A stretch of 25,165 bases of DNA from Bdellovibrionales bacterium (GTDB lineage Bacteria; Bdellovibrionota; Bdellovibrionia; Bdellovibrionales; UBA1609). Below are positions 1 to 8,187 of the stretch, piece by piece. A program made the translations under genes and the position numbers. Under the pieces are notes generated by a model. That model worked only from the letters and a program-made list of their open reading frames with translations. It was not told the DNA's origin and searched no databases. The stretch is from the NCBI GenBank assembly GCA_050246815.1, contig JBFWVI010000042.1, forward strand, positions 1 through 25,165, given 5' to 3'. How positions within the stretch are numbered: the first letter of the stretch is position 1; each line of letters begins with the position of its first letter.

Positions 1-7
1 AAAACTT

Positions 8-652
8 ATGTTACAAAAGCTGCTTCAACACTACAACGAAGGCGGATTTTTCATGCACTTGATTCTGCTCACTTCGTTTGTGGGTATAGGAATCATCATT
101 GAACGCATGAAGGTGTTGTCAGCCGCCAGCAATATCAAAAAGGATGAGCTACTCAATCACATCAACAGTTTTATTTTGCAAGGCAGCCTCGAAAAAGCGA
201 TCGCCGTAACCTCGCAAGTCAAAAATCCGCTGACGAATATTGTTCGCGCCGGCTTAATGGCGGTGGCCAACAATGGCGGACCAGAAGAAGTCCAAACAGC
301 CATGGACGCGGTTGCCTTACGGGAAATCCCTAAGCTCGAACGCCGTATTGGTTTGCTGTCGATGCTTTCAAACGTCGCCACACTGGTGGGCTTGCTCGGA
401 ACCGTAGTGGGCATGATCGCGGCGTTCGGCGCCGTGGCCAATGTCACACCTTCAGAGAAAGCCACCATCTTAGCCAACTCCATTTCTGAGGCCATGAACT
501 GCACGGCTTTCGGACTGTTGGTCGCGATCCCTTTGTTGTTTGCTTTTGGTTTTTTGATGTCGAAAGCGCAAGAGATCACCGATGATATCCATGAGGCAAG
601 CGTCTCGACCTTAAATTTCATATTGGCCAACAAAGATCGTATGAAGGCGTAA
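8..652 (+). CDS. aglR: MotA/TolQ/ExbB proton-channel protein, AglR-like gliding motor subunit
   Basis: Three hydrophobic segments and ExbB/TolQ signature (GLLGTVVGMI..F; GIS/SISEAMNCTAFGL). Motifs such as 'EEVQ.A.D...LRE.P..E.R', 'AVANV.P..KATILAN.ISEAMNCT' and the C-terminal 'ANKD' resemble Myxococcus AglR as recalled. First gene of a 3-gene coupled unit. Confidence 0.85.
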   Translation: MLQKLLQHYNEGGFFMHLILLTSFVGIGIIIERMKVLSAASNIKKDELLNHINSFILQGSLEKAIAVTSQVKNPLTNIVRAGLMAVANNGGPEEVQTAMDAVALREIPKLERRIGLLSMLSNVATLVGLLGTVVGMIAAFGAVANVTPSEKATILANSISEAMNCTAFGLLVAIPLLFAFGFLMSKAQEITDDIHEASVSTLNFILANKDRMKA

Positions 653-653
653 G

Positions 654-1082
654 ATGTCGAGCGGCAGCGGGCAGTACGAGCTTAATTTAACCCCTTACAT
701 CGACTTGATGAGCACGTTGATCGTGTTCTTGTTGATGACGGCAGTCTGGAATCAAATATCCGTTTTGTCTACAGACACGGGCAGCACCACGGCCTCAGAT
801 GCCCCGGTCTCGGACCCCAATCGCATCAACCTCAGCGTTACCATAATGCCGGCCTATCTTGAGATGGCTGAAAATCAGGTCTTCACCCGCATTCCGCACG
901 TCGACGGTAAGCTGGACCGTGAAAAATTAGGTCAGCAACTTAAAATCTGGAAGAAAAAATACCCCAATCGTAACGATGTGATTTTAAACACTGAAAATTC
1001 GGTTACCTATAAGATGTTGATCGGTGCCTTTGACGAACTGGTGGGCAACGAATTCGCCGATGTCGGCGTGAGTACCCAATAA
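654..1082 (+). CDS. aglQ: ExbD/TolR family protein, AglQ-like
   Basis: N-terminal 'ELNLTPYIDLMSTLIVFLLMTAVW' TM helix carries the conserved Asp. Periplasmic ExbD-type C-terminus. Starts 1 nt after the aglR stop. Family call is firm; the gene symbol rests on position and motif. Confidence 0.75.
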   Translation: MSSGSGQYELNLTPYIDLMSTLIVFLLMTAVWNQISVLSTDTGSTTASDAPVSDPNRINLSVTIMPAYLEMAENQVFTRIPHVDGKLDREKLGQQLKIWKKKYPNRNDVILNTENSVTYKMLIGAFDELVGNEFADVGVSTQ

Positions 1083-1645
1083 TGGCTAGAGCTCGTCGTC
1101 GCCTTGTTCAATCCCCGGGTTATCACCTTCGCCCTAAGTACGATTTGATCCATCTTCGCGCCCGTCGCGAAAACGCCCGCAAGCGTCACGTGGATTTTGG
1201 CCTGTCTCTGACCGCCATGATCGATATGTTTTCGACCCTGGTGGTTTTTTTGCTGCTCAATTTTTCTGCCACGGGCGAAGCTTACTTTGTCTCAAAGAAT
1301 GTGATCATTCCCGCCGCCGTCAACGCCCGCCCGCTTGAAACTGCGCCGCTGATTTCGATCACCAAAGAAAGTGTCATTCTTGACAGCCATGTCGTCGGCG
1401 CAAACCCCGTGAACTTGACCGAAGCGGACTTGCAGATGCCGCAACTGGTTGAAGGACTTAGGCGCCTGAAAGAGCTTCAACAAAACCTAAAAGATGCTGG
1501 CGTTCCACAAAAACCGCAGATCAATATCCAGGCCGATGAAAACACGCCGGTCAGCCGCATCAAACGGGTGATGACAATCTTGATTCAAGAAGGCTTTAGC
1601 GGCATCAACTTCGCCGTTAGAGAAGTGAACCCTGAAGACGTTTAG
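1082..1645 (+). CDS. aglS: ExbD/TolR family protein, AglS-like
   Basis: 'LSLTAMIDMFSTLVVFLLLNFSATGE' (NFSATGE is AglS-like), C-terminal 'INIQADENTP...IKRVM......GF..INFAV', basic N-terminal cytoplasmic extension. TAATG overlap with the previous stop. Confidence 0.8.
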   Translation: MARARRRLVQSPGYHLRPKYDLIHLRARRENARKRHVDFGLSLTAMIDMFSTLVVFLLLNFSATGEAYFVSKNVIIPAAVNARPLETAPLISITKESVILDSHVVGANPVNLTEADLQMPQLVEGLRRLKELQQNLKDAGVPQKPQINIQADENTPVSRIKRVMTILIQEGFSGINFAVREVNPEDV

Positions 1646-1655
1646 GGTAAATGAT

Positions 1656-1940
1656 CTACTCTTCACTTGGCTCTGGGACGGCTTGATAAACCCCGCCAGG
1701 CTCATAAACGAACTTAGGTTCGGGACGGATCATTCCTTGCACGATTTCTGCACGATAGCTGGTGCGATACTTCACATAATTTTTAAGACGATTTTTTTCG
1801 CGAGACAACATCCGTAAGCGGTCATCGCTATGCAGCTCGCCCTTGATCGATATGTCGTCCAAATCCATTTTTTGTTGGGCGCCTGACTGGAGTGCCAAAA
1901 AAGATAAGCTCAGTGCTATGAAAACTTGAAACCGCTTCAC
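1656..1940 (-). CDS. Small secreted protein, CglF/GltF-like (gliding motility)
   Basis: Signal peptide, then 'MDLDDISIKGEL......L.R......NYVKYRTSYRAEI', which parallels the CglF/GltF pattern (DFDD..IEG.L.....R......LI..R.NF..E). GTG start directly abuts the stop of the VWA gene. Confidence 0.6.
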   Translation of the reverse strand: MKRFQVFIALSLSFLALQSGAQQKMDLDDISIKGELHSDDRLRMLSREKNRLKNYVKYRTSYRAEIVQGMIRPEPKFVYEPGGVYQAVPEPSEE

Positions 1941-3557
1941 TTACCGTCCTCTGGTTCCATACTTATACGACTTAAAGCTGCGATCGTCAAAGCGAAGCGC
2001 CTGGCTAGACCCAATCAAACGCCTTGTGGGTTCATCGTTCATCAATTTTTGCAGACTGTAGCGGTAAATGCCATCGCCCTTGGGATCACTTTGGCGGGTT
2101 TGAATGTAGTGCACTGAAATCACGTTTTCCAAAGCACGGTGTTCAAGGCCAGGAAGGGTGTCGCCGGCCTTCACTTCCAAAGTGTTATAGAGCGGCAAAA
2201 CAGATTGTCGAAAGCCATAGCAATCGACTTGACGGTCCAGGATGGGCGAAAGATTGATATCATACGCGGGCTGGTTCGGATCACGAATCAAAGGGTTGCG
2301 GTGCTGTCCGATTTGACGGCGGGCCGGCTCTTCACCGTCAAAATTTTCTTGTAAGTTGAATGAGTCCATTGCGAAAGCCATGGTGCGGGCCATATAAACA
2401 AAGGTTTCGATGCCATCGATCACACCATCACGGTCTGTATCAGGATTTTTCGGATCACCATTGCGAGGCACATCTTCACTGGGACGATCGTTGCGTATGT
2501 AAGCTTCTTCACAAGTCGTTAAGAAATCCCGATCTTGGTCATCGCGCGACAGACAGGGCGGCAGGGTTTCGCGATACTTCACCCGACGCCAATGAAAATA
2601 ATCACCATAACCATCATTAAAACTAAAGCGCTTGGCCGGATTGAATCCCGGGTAACGGGCTTCGTCTTTATCACACATCCCGTCGCCATCAGAATCCAGG
2701 TCTATGGAGCCGTCTTCGCAAAATCCGGCATTCACATTGTAGATCATCAGCTCATATTTAAGCTGCCAAGGCTCAAACGTGGGTTTGACGATCAAGTCAT
2801 TGAAGTCCCAATTGGCATTGCGTTCAAAATCAATGAATTTGCCATTGCCGATGGTGGCCATACGCTCTAAACGTCGCTCGGCCTCATTGCCATTGCCCCC
2901 ATAAAAGCCTGTCGACAGTGCGATGTTCTTTTCATCGATCGCGGTCAAACCACGCACCAAGGCATCCAGTTCACCGTCGTTGGCGATATCTGTGGGTTCG
3001 CCATCTGAGATAAAAAACACCATATAAAAGGACTCTTCTTCTGGATTTTTATCGATGTCGTTTCGGATCGCGGTCTGCGCCAACTGCAAAGCGGCCTTGT
3101 ACGGCGTCGAACCACCATCACCTTCAGTGCGCAAGCGGTTAGCCGCAGTCAAAGCCACATTTAAATCTGCGCTGAATGTTGGGCAATCTTCGCATCCCTC
3201 ATTGATGTAGGCGGTTGCGGTTTCACCCGAGAATTGAATCATAGAATACTGATTGTTGGTCGCGGCGATATTGGACCTCAAAAAACGTTCAATATTGCCC
3301 GCACGCTTTTCTGCATTGGGGTCGGTGTCGCTATTGCTGCCCGATTTATCGATGACAAACAAAAACTTCATCCATCGCTTTACCTCTTCAGGCTCGGTGA
3401 TGCACAGCTCACCTTTACCTTGTACATTCGAGAGCGTCCCACCAAGAGGCCTCAACCGCACATCTGAACATGCAATCAATCCAACAGTGGCCCCCAGAAC
3501 CAGACTTAGTGCCTGCCAACCGGATTGCCAAAAAGTCACACTTGTCTGGCGTTTCAT
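1941..3557 (-). CDS. VWA-domain lipoprotein with Asp-rich Ca-binding (TSP3-like) repeats; MtsD/CglB-like adhesin
   Basis: Lipobox LIAC. MIDAS motif DKSGS (3336-3350), GGSTPY and FFISDGEP. Repeats DSDGDGMCD, DQDRDFL, DTDRDGVID. Cys-rich. Start moved from GTG 3602 to ATG 3557, which has a GGGAG SD and lies downstream of a sigma54 promoter. Confidence 0.8.
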   Translation of the reverse strand: MKRQTSVTFWQSGWQALSLVLGATVGLIACSDVRLRPLGGTLSNVQGKGELCITEPEEVKRWMKFLFVIDKSGSNSDTDPNAEKRAGNIERFLRSNIAATNNQYSMIQFSGETATAYINEGCEDCPTFSADLNVALTAANRLRTEGDGGSTPYKAALQLAQTAIRNDIDKNPEEESFYMVFFISDGEPTDIANDGELDALVRGLTAIDEKNIALSTGFYGGNGNEAERRLERMATIGNGKFIDFERNANWDFNDLIVKPTFEPWQLKYELMIYNVNAGFCEDGSIDLDSDGDGMCDKDEARYPGFNPAKRFSFNDGYGDYFHWRRVKYRETLPPCLSRDDQDRDFLTTCEEAYIRNDRPSEDVPRNGDPKNPDTDRDGVIDGIETFVYMARTMAFAMDSFNLQENFDGEEPARRQIGQHRNPLIRDPNQPAYDINLSPILDRQVDCYGFRQSVLPLYNTLEVKAGDTLPGLEHRALENVISVHYIQTRQSDPKGDGIYRYSLQKLMNDEPTRRLIGSSQALRFDDRSFKSYKYGTRGR

Positions 3558-3585
3558 TGGCTCCCTACCCCCTCTAGAAGTACAG

Positions 3586-3601
3586 AGCAAGGCTTGGACC
3601 A
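3586..3601 (-). promoter_or_regulatory. Putative sigma54 (-24/-12) promoter for the VWA/CglF-like unit
   Basis: Minus strand TGGTCCAAGCCTTGCT = GG-N10-GC with TTGC, about 30 nt upstream of ATG 3557. Confidence 0.6.
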
Positions 3602-3709
3602 CGGACTATAATCCAGTCCAAGGCATCCAACTCAAAATCATCAAGATTTCACGACATATAAATTCACAAATTTTGTCTAGAGCTCAAACAGCGGCTACCC
3701 ACTGGCCAC

Positions 3710-3745
3710 AAAGAAAGAAAGCCGGTTGGGGGGACAACCGGCTTT
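3710..3745 (-). terminator. Rho-independent terminator of the 3774-4133 gene
   Basis: Perfect 11-bp inverted repeat AAAGCCGGTTG / CAACCGGCTTT (3718-3745) with a 6-nt loop, followed on the minus strand by a U-rich tract (TTTCTTTCTTT). Confidence 0.8.
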
Positions 3746-3773
3746 AAGGAACGGGGGTTGGGGGCTAAATTAA

Positions 3774-4133
3774 TTATTGATGACGACGGTTGGCGGTCTC
3801 ATCACTGGGGAAAGCCACGGCCTTTGGATCTGGTAAGGCCAGCAAGGGCTCGCCGACGCTGTCAAAGCGACGGTCCACCATTTGCGGGGCTTCTCCCCAT
3901 CCGATTTCAACGTCAACAAAATCAGTCACGCGACGCTGATCGGCCTTTTTGACTTTTTGAGGCTTTTTAGACGCAATCGAATCGTGAATTCCATGAGCCA
4001 ATCCCTCACGCTCGTTTGAGCTTTCGATGATCAGCGAGTGAAAATCAGCCTTCAATGGCGCCTTGTGCCCGATTTCAGCGTGGGCTGTAATTCCTAATGT
4101 GGCGGCCACTAATAAAATGATTTTGTTCTTCAT
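3774..4133 (-). CDS. Hypothetical small secreted protein
   Basis: Signal peptide MKNKIILLVAATLGITAHA. SD AAGGAG 7 nt before ATG 4133, which is preferred over TTG 4139. Has its own promoter and terminator. Confidence 0.8.
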   Translation of the reverse strand: MKNKIILLVAATLGITAHAEIGHKAPLKADFHSLIIESSNEREGLAHGIHDSIASKKPQKVKKADQRRVTDFVDVEIGWGEAPQMVDRRFDSVGEPLLALPDPKAVAFPSDETANRRHQ

Positions 4134-4167
4134 AACCAATCTCCTTCAATCTCTTGTCTGATAACTT

Positions 4168-4184
4168 TGCAACCCCGATACCAA
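4168..4184 (-). promoter_or_regulatory. Putative sigma54 (-24/-12) promoter
   Basis: Minus strand TTGGTATCGGGGTTGCA = TGG-N10-GC with TTGCA, about 35 nt upstream of the start. Confidence 0.7.
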
Positions 4185-4222
4185 CTTTAGTTGACCTGAT
4201 TACGCAGGGTTAGAGTGGCCTT

Positions 4223-4282
4223 GTGTCAAACTGGTTGACACTCTGAAGTGACGTTTTTCCGGGTGTGCACTTTTAAGACACC
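4223..4282. promoter_or_regulatory. Two dyad sites (TGTC-N9-GACA-like), candidate activator binding sites
   Basis: GTGTCAA-N5-TTGACAC (4223-4241, perfect 7-bp arms) and GGTGTgcacttttaagACACC (4262-4282), lying between divergent genes. Confidence 0.5.
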
Positions 4283-4365
4283 TGCGCAACCAAATGCGCC
4301 ACCACACCGCCCAATTGCAACTAAAGGCTCGCGGTCGCGGAACGATCCTTGAACTACATGGGTTT

Positions 4366-5814
4366 ATGTCCCAACGATACGTTCTATTGAATCTGATATT
4401 AGTCGTGGCAGCGGCAGCCTGCCCCCTGATTGGCTTCTCAGGTCAAGCCTGGTCGCAAGAAGAGGCCGCAGGCTCAGTCACTGCCGATCAACCTGCCCAG
4501 GTCGAATCGACGTATCATTATGATCCAAGTGCTGCACAAACCAAAGCGACCGCTCCCCCTGCTCTACAGCCGCTTGAAAACGAGTTTTCGTTTATCCTTA
4601 AAAAAAGCCTGAATCTGCGCGATGAAAATATGAAGTTTCAAAGCAGCGTCCGGCAAACTTCAAAGGTGGCCATTGACGCCGATTTTTTAAAACGCACCTT
4701 GGGCACGCATCAGCCCACGGACGACCAGTTGCGCGAATTTTTTCTAAATCCCTCTTCTGTTGCGCCCAATCTTGAGCCAAAAAGATATTATGATTCACGA
4801 GCCAAGCGTTGGCGCTATGATCAGTTCGTCCCTGTTCATGTGCAAAATGCCGATGGCAACGTCACCTCTGGCCAAATGGCCCTGGGCGCGGCCTATCGCA
4901 TGGGCGCCGTAAAAATGAATCTGCCCAAGGGGGCTCAGCCCACGGCCAAAGAAGACGAGCGCGAAGCCATGGCAGCCGCAGAAAACAGACGCCAACAGCA
5001 ATTGCAAAAGGAAGACGCCGAAACAGCCGCGCGTACCTGCGTCACCTGCAGCACAACTTCCACCTCAAACCCCTTACGCAAATTTGAAGCCTCAGCAATG
5101 AGTTTGAACCGTTACCAGGGCGGCGCTCTTTGGGATGAATACACCACCTTTGCCACTGAGTTCCGTAAAAAACACAAAACTCGAATCGGCCGCTACAACA
5201 ATGGCACTTACAAACGTCTTTTTTTAAAGAAGTTGATCGGCAAATTTGGTGAAGCGAAGGCGGCCTTAATTCTGCAAGCCATGACCGCCTTTGGTGAGGC
5301 TCCCACACGCTTTGACGACGACGTTCAAATCGGCGAACTCGCCGCCGTGATCAAGGTCATCAACAACCGCGCCAATAATTCCTACTACAGCTCGGAAAGC
5401 CGTATTTTGCGCGACATCGGCGTCCAAACCAGCAAGGACACCCGACTGAGCGTCATTTTGGCCAACTCCCAATTTTCTGCATGGAATGACGGCGACAATT
5501 CACTCACCGCCATGTTGAGTTTTGATCCGAACAAATCCGATCACTTAACCAAAAGGCGCATGGCTTTCGCTTTCGCCGCGCAACAGATGATCACTGAGAA
5601 TAAAATCGAATTTGTTGGCGATATGGCAAAACCCGACATGCACCATTACCATGCCAACTATGTATGGCCCGAATGGAGCTCTTCGAGACACAGGGTGCAA
5701 CAACCCGTCGTGAGAATTGTCACTAGTGTAGACGGCGAACCCCAAGAAACCATCGACGTCGACTTAAGTAAACAAAAGGGCGCAAGCCATATCTTTTATG
5801 CAGGTGTACCATGA
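4366..5814 (+). CDS. Secreted protein with C-terminal SleB/Hydrolase_2-family cell-wall hydrolase (lytic transglycosylase) domain
   Basis: Signal peptide from Met 4366. C-terminal motifs in the canonical order: TAFGEA (catalytic Glu 5296-5298), AAVIKVINNR, VI....QFSAWN, HHYHANYVWPEW, HIFY. About 300 aa N-terminal region not recognised. Confidence 0.75.
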   Translation: MSQRYVLLNLILVVAAAACPLIGFSGQAWSQEEAAGSVTADQPAQVESTYHYDPSAAQTKATAPPALQPLENEFSFILKKSLNLRDENMKFQSSVRQTSKVAIDADFLKRTLGTHQPTDDQLREFFLNPSSVAPNLEPKRYYDSRAKRWRYDQFVPVHVQNADGNVTSGQMALGAAYRMGAVKMNLPKGAQPTAKEDEREAMAAAENRRQQQLQKEDAETAARTCVTCSTTSTSNPLRKFEASAMSLNRYQGGALWDEYTTFATEFRKKHKTRIGRYNNGTYKRLFLKKLIGKFGEAKAALILQAMTAFGEAPTRFDDDVQIGELAAVIKVINNRANNSYYSSESRILRDIGVQTSKDTRLSVILANSQFSAWNDGDNSLTAMLSFDPNKSDHLTKRRMAFAFAAQQMITENKIEFVGDMAKPDMHHYHANYVWPEWSSSRHRVQQPVVRIVTSVDGEPQETIDVDLSKQKGASHIFYAGVP

Positions 5815-6359
5815 GAAAATTTCTTCTGCTTTTCATCTTCGCTCTATCAACCAACGCCAGGGCGGCCTCGGAGTACCAAAAAGCCGAAGCAAAAATCAAC
5901 GTCGTCAAATGCACCTACGAAAAACAACAAGACCAAGCCCGCATTTTTTTCGCTGATCAGACCACGCCCTATTCAGTTTACGAAAAGGCCCGCGACATTG
6001 ACATCAAGGGCTGCCAATCGGTGCAGATCAACGGTATGCAATATTTCACTGTGCAATACGTCGCCGTGATTGATCGAGGCATACAAATTCGCAAATCCTT
6101 TACCTATGAAATTGCACTTTTAAAAGGGGACCAACTTGTGACCGTGCGTTCGGAAGTGATTCAGGCGATCCCCCTCCTTATCGACTCGGATCAAGATGTG
6201 ATTTTTGATCGATCCCTTGACGTCAAATGGGGGCGAAGCAAAACTGACAAACAACCCATGCTGCAAATGGTTTTGCGCGGCAAAGAAAAAACTCTCCCTT
6301 ACCTTCTGAAATTCAACCCCGCTAACGTCTGGTTTGAAAACAATTTCCCTGAACTTTAA
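5811..6359 (+). CDS. Hypothetical secreted, beta-rich protein translationally coupled to the SleB-like gene
   Basis: ATGA overlap with the upstream stop. Signal peptide MRKFLLLFIFALSTNARA. Two Cys. Confidence 0.8.
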   Translation: MRKFLLLFIFALSTNARAASEYQKAEAKINVVKCTYEKQQDQARIFFADQTTPYSVYEKARDIDIKGCQSVQINGMQYFTVQYVAVIDRGIQIRKSFTYEIALLKGDQLVTVRSEVIQAIPLLIDSDQDVIFDRSLDVKWGRSKTDKQPMLQMVLRGKEKTLPYLLKFNPANVWFENNFPEL

Positions 6360-6362
6360 GAC

Positions 6363-7274
6363 TCACCAAAGATAGCCCACACCAATAAAGCTTTCAAAAA
6401 AAAGCGTCATAGGCGTGGTGGTGCCGATCAAACCCAAACGAACATCCGGAACTAAATAAAGCTTTTTGAAACCAGGAATGGGAATGTCGCCTCCAGCGGC
6501 AACTGATCCCATCAGAAAAAACGGCTTATCTTCATCCGAAGTTGGGACCTCGATACCATCCACTTTGACCGTGACCTTGTTGCCCATCGCCAACTCGGCG
6601 CCACCACCCCACCACCAGCCGCCCCCCTCAGAGTAGCGTTTGGCCAGCAAACCCACCCCAGTCAACGATTGCTCACGGCTGACATTTTTTCGTGTGGTGC
6701 CTGGCGCAGCATTCTGCTGAATAGCCGTACCTTTGAATTTTGTCGTACGAAGAGTCAGGTAAGGCCTCAGCGACCACCGTAAATTCAGCGGCATATCGGC
6801 AAAAATTGACATAAAAAAGCTCGTACTCATAAACACCGAGGTCTGATAAGCCGTATTGTCACTCAACTGAAAGCTGGATTCACCTTGGCGCAGATAGGAC
6901 CCCACCACGGCCACGCCAACGGCATAATCAGACTTGTAGGGTTTACGGCCGTTCTCTTCTTCTACCTCACGCTCACGAATCTGGCTGCGCTTGATCTGAG
7001 TGATCAGCACGTAACCGCCGGTAGGCTTGCCCTTGTAAGTGATTAAAACTTTGCGAAAGCGCCCGTAGATTTTTGGCGAAATCACCACCATGTCGCCACG
7101 ATTGAGCCTTGAGATCACTGCGGATTTGAGGTTGGCGTCCGCATAAACCGCCAACTCCTCCAAAACCTGCAGATCCAGCACCGGACGCTCTTTGCCCCAA
7201 GCCTGCAGCCCAACAACGGAAAATACGGCCATCACAGCCATCAAAAGCCGTCTCGGCCACACCTTTAAGTCCAT
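6363..7274 (-). CDS. Secreted SH3b-like domain plus outer-membrane beta-barrel protein
   Basis: Signal peptide. N-terminal 'AVYADANLKSAVISRLNRGDMV.....F.KV......GYV' fits bacterial SH3. C-terminal amphipathic strands end in the aromatic beta-signal IGVGYLW. Confidence 0.65.
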   Translation of the reverse strand: MDLKVWPRRLLMAVMAVFSVVGLQAWGKERPVLDLQVLEELAVYADANLKSAVISRLNRGDMVVISPKIYGRFRKVLITYKGKPTGGYVLITQIKRSQIREREVEEENGRKPYKSDYAVGVAVVGSYLRQGESSFQLSDNTAYQTSVFMSTSFFMSIFADMPLNLRWSLRPYLTLRTTKFKGTAIQQNAAPGTTRKNVSREQSLTGVGLLAKRYSEGGGWWWGGGAELAMGNKVTVKVDGIEVPTSDEDKPFFLMGSVAAGGDIPIPGFKKLYLVPDVRLGLIGTTTPMTLFFESFIGVGYLW

Positions 7275-7377
7275 GTTTTGATTGTAGCATTCCTACATTT
7301 TCAGGACAGTCAAGTTACCCACTCCTCGCCGTTTTTCATTTGACTGGCTAACGCATTTAGTCGTAAATCCACACCTT

Positions 7378-7956
7378 ATGCCTCACCCACACTTAGCTTT
7401 AAGCCCAACGGTTATCTATCTAAACGAACTCCCCCAAGAGGGCCGTCGTTTCGTCTACACTGAACAAACCGGCGAACTAACCCCCACGCTCAAAGATTTG
7501 ATTGGCAAAAACCCCTATCGGGTTGAAATCGAAGTCAAACCCATGGGGAATGTCTTTTCTGCTGAAGGGTCGATCCAAACCGGTTTAGATGAATTATGCT
7601 CGCTTTGCGCCATTGAATTTATTCAGCCGGTCAAAGAAAAATTCAATGAAATCCTGGTGATCCAGACTTCGCCTCACGAAGGCCATCAAGCCCGTGTCAA
7701 TCACTCCTCGGAGCTAAACTTAGACGGACCTGAGTGCACGGAACTCGAATCCGACAGTTTTTCGGTGGGTGATTACATTCACGAATTGGTGGCCTTAAGC
7801 CGTCCCATCAAACCTTTGGGTAAAAGCAACTGTGACAACAGCTGCGAAAACTATCAAGAAGCAGTTCGCAAAGGCTGGCTAACCCCTGAAAACAATAAGG
7901 GTTTTAAGCCAGAAAACCCCTTCTCTAAATTAGCCAAGGTGAAATTAAATAGTTGA
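7378..7956 (+). CDS. yceD: YceD/DUF177 family protein
   Basis: CSLC motif, 'YIHELVALSRPIKPL....C...C', C-terminal 'NPFSKLAKVK'. Immediately upstream of rpmF. Confidence 0.85.
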   Translation: MPHPHLALSPTVIYLNELPQEGRRFVYTEQTGELTPTLKDLIGKNPYRVEIEVKPMGNVFSAEGSIQTGLDELCSLCAIEFIQPVKEKFNEILVIQTSPHEGHQARVNHSSELNLDGPECTELESDSFSVGDYIHELVALSRPIKPLGKSNCDNSCENYQEAVRKGWLTPENNKGFKPENPFSKLAKVKLNS

Positions 7957-8007
7957 TTTTCGAACGTATTTCGCTACAACTACGATTCTTTAAAACAGGA
8001 AAGTGCT

Positions 8008-8187
8008 ATGCCAACGCCTAAGAAGAAGACCTCTCGTTCAAAACGTGACATGCGTCGTTCGCATGATTTTTTAACTGCGCCGACAGTGCGCAGCTGCCCC
8101 AACTGCAGCGCTTTGATGCGGCCGCACCATGTGTGCCTGTCGTGCGGTTACTATCGCGGCCGCGAAGTGATCAGCGCACAAGCTTAA
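8008..8187 (+). CDS. rpmF: 50S ribosomal protein L32 (Zn-binding, 4-Cys form); absent from the supplied ORF track (59 aa)
   Basis: Translates as [65 protein letters not shown] upstream. Confidence 0.97.
   Translation: MPTPKKKTSRSKRDMRRSHDFLTAPTVRSCPNCSALMRPHHVCLSCGYYRGREVISAQA

Noticed and set aside
157..633. 158-aa antisense ORF, and many other 60-165 aa shadow ORFs in the track
   Set aside because: They lie opposite or within well-supported genes and have no motifs or SD; typical shadow frames.
2425..2700. Tandem repeat or CRISPR-like array in the VWA gene
   Set aside because: Similarity is only at the protein level (DxDxDG). No regularly spaced DNA repeats were seen anywhere in the window.
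4294..4365. Upstream ATG for the SleB-like ORF
   Set aside because: It would bury the signal peptide behind 24 non-signal residues and overlaps the putative promoter.
5038..5052. Heme-binding motif in the SleB-like protein
   Set aside because: It reads CVTCS with no His.
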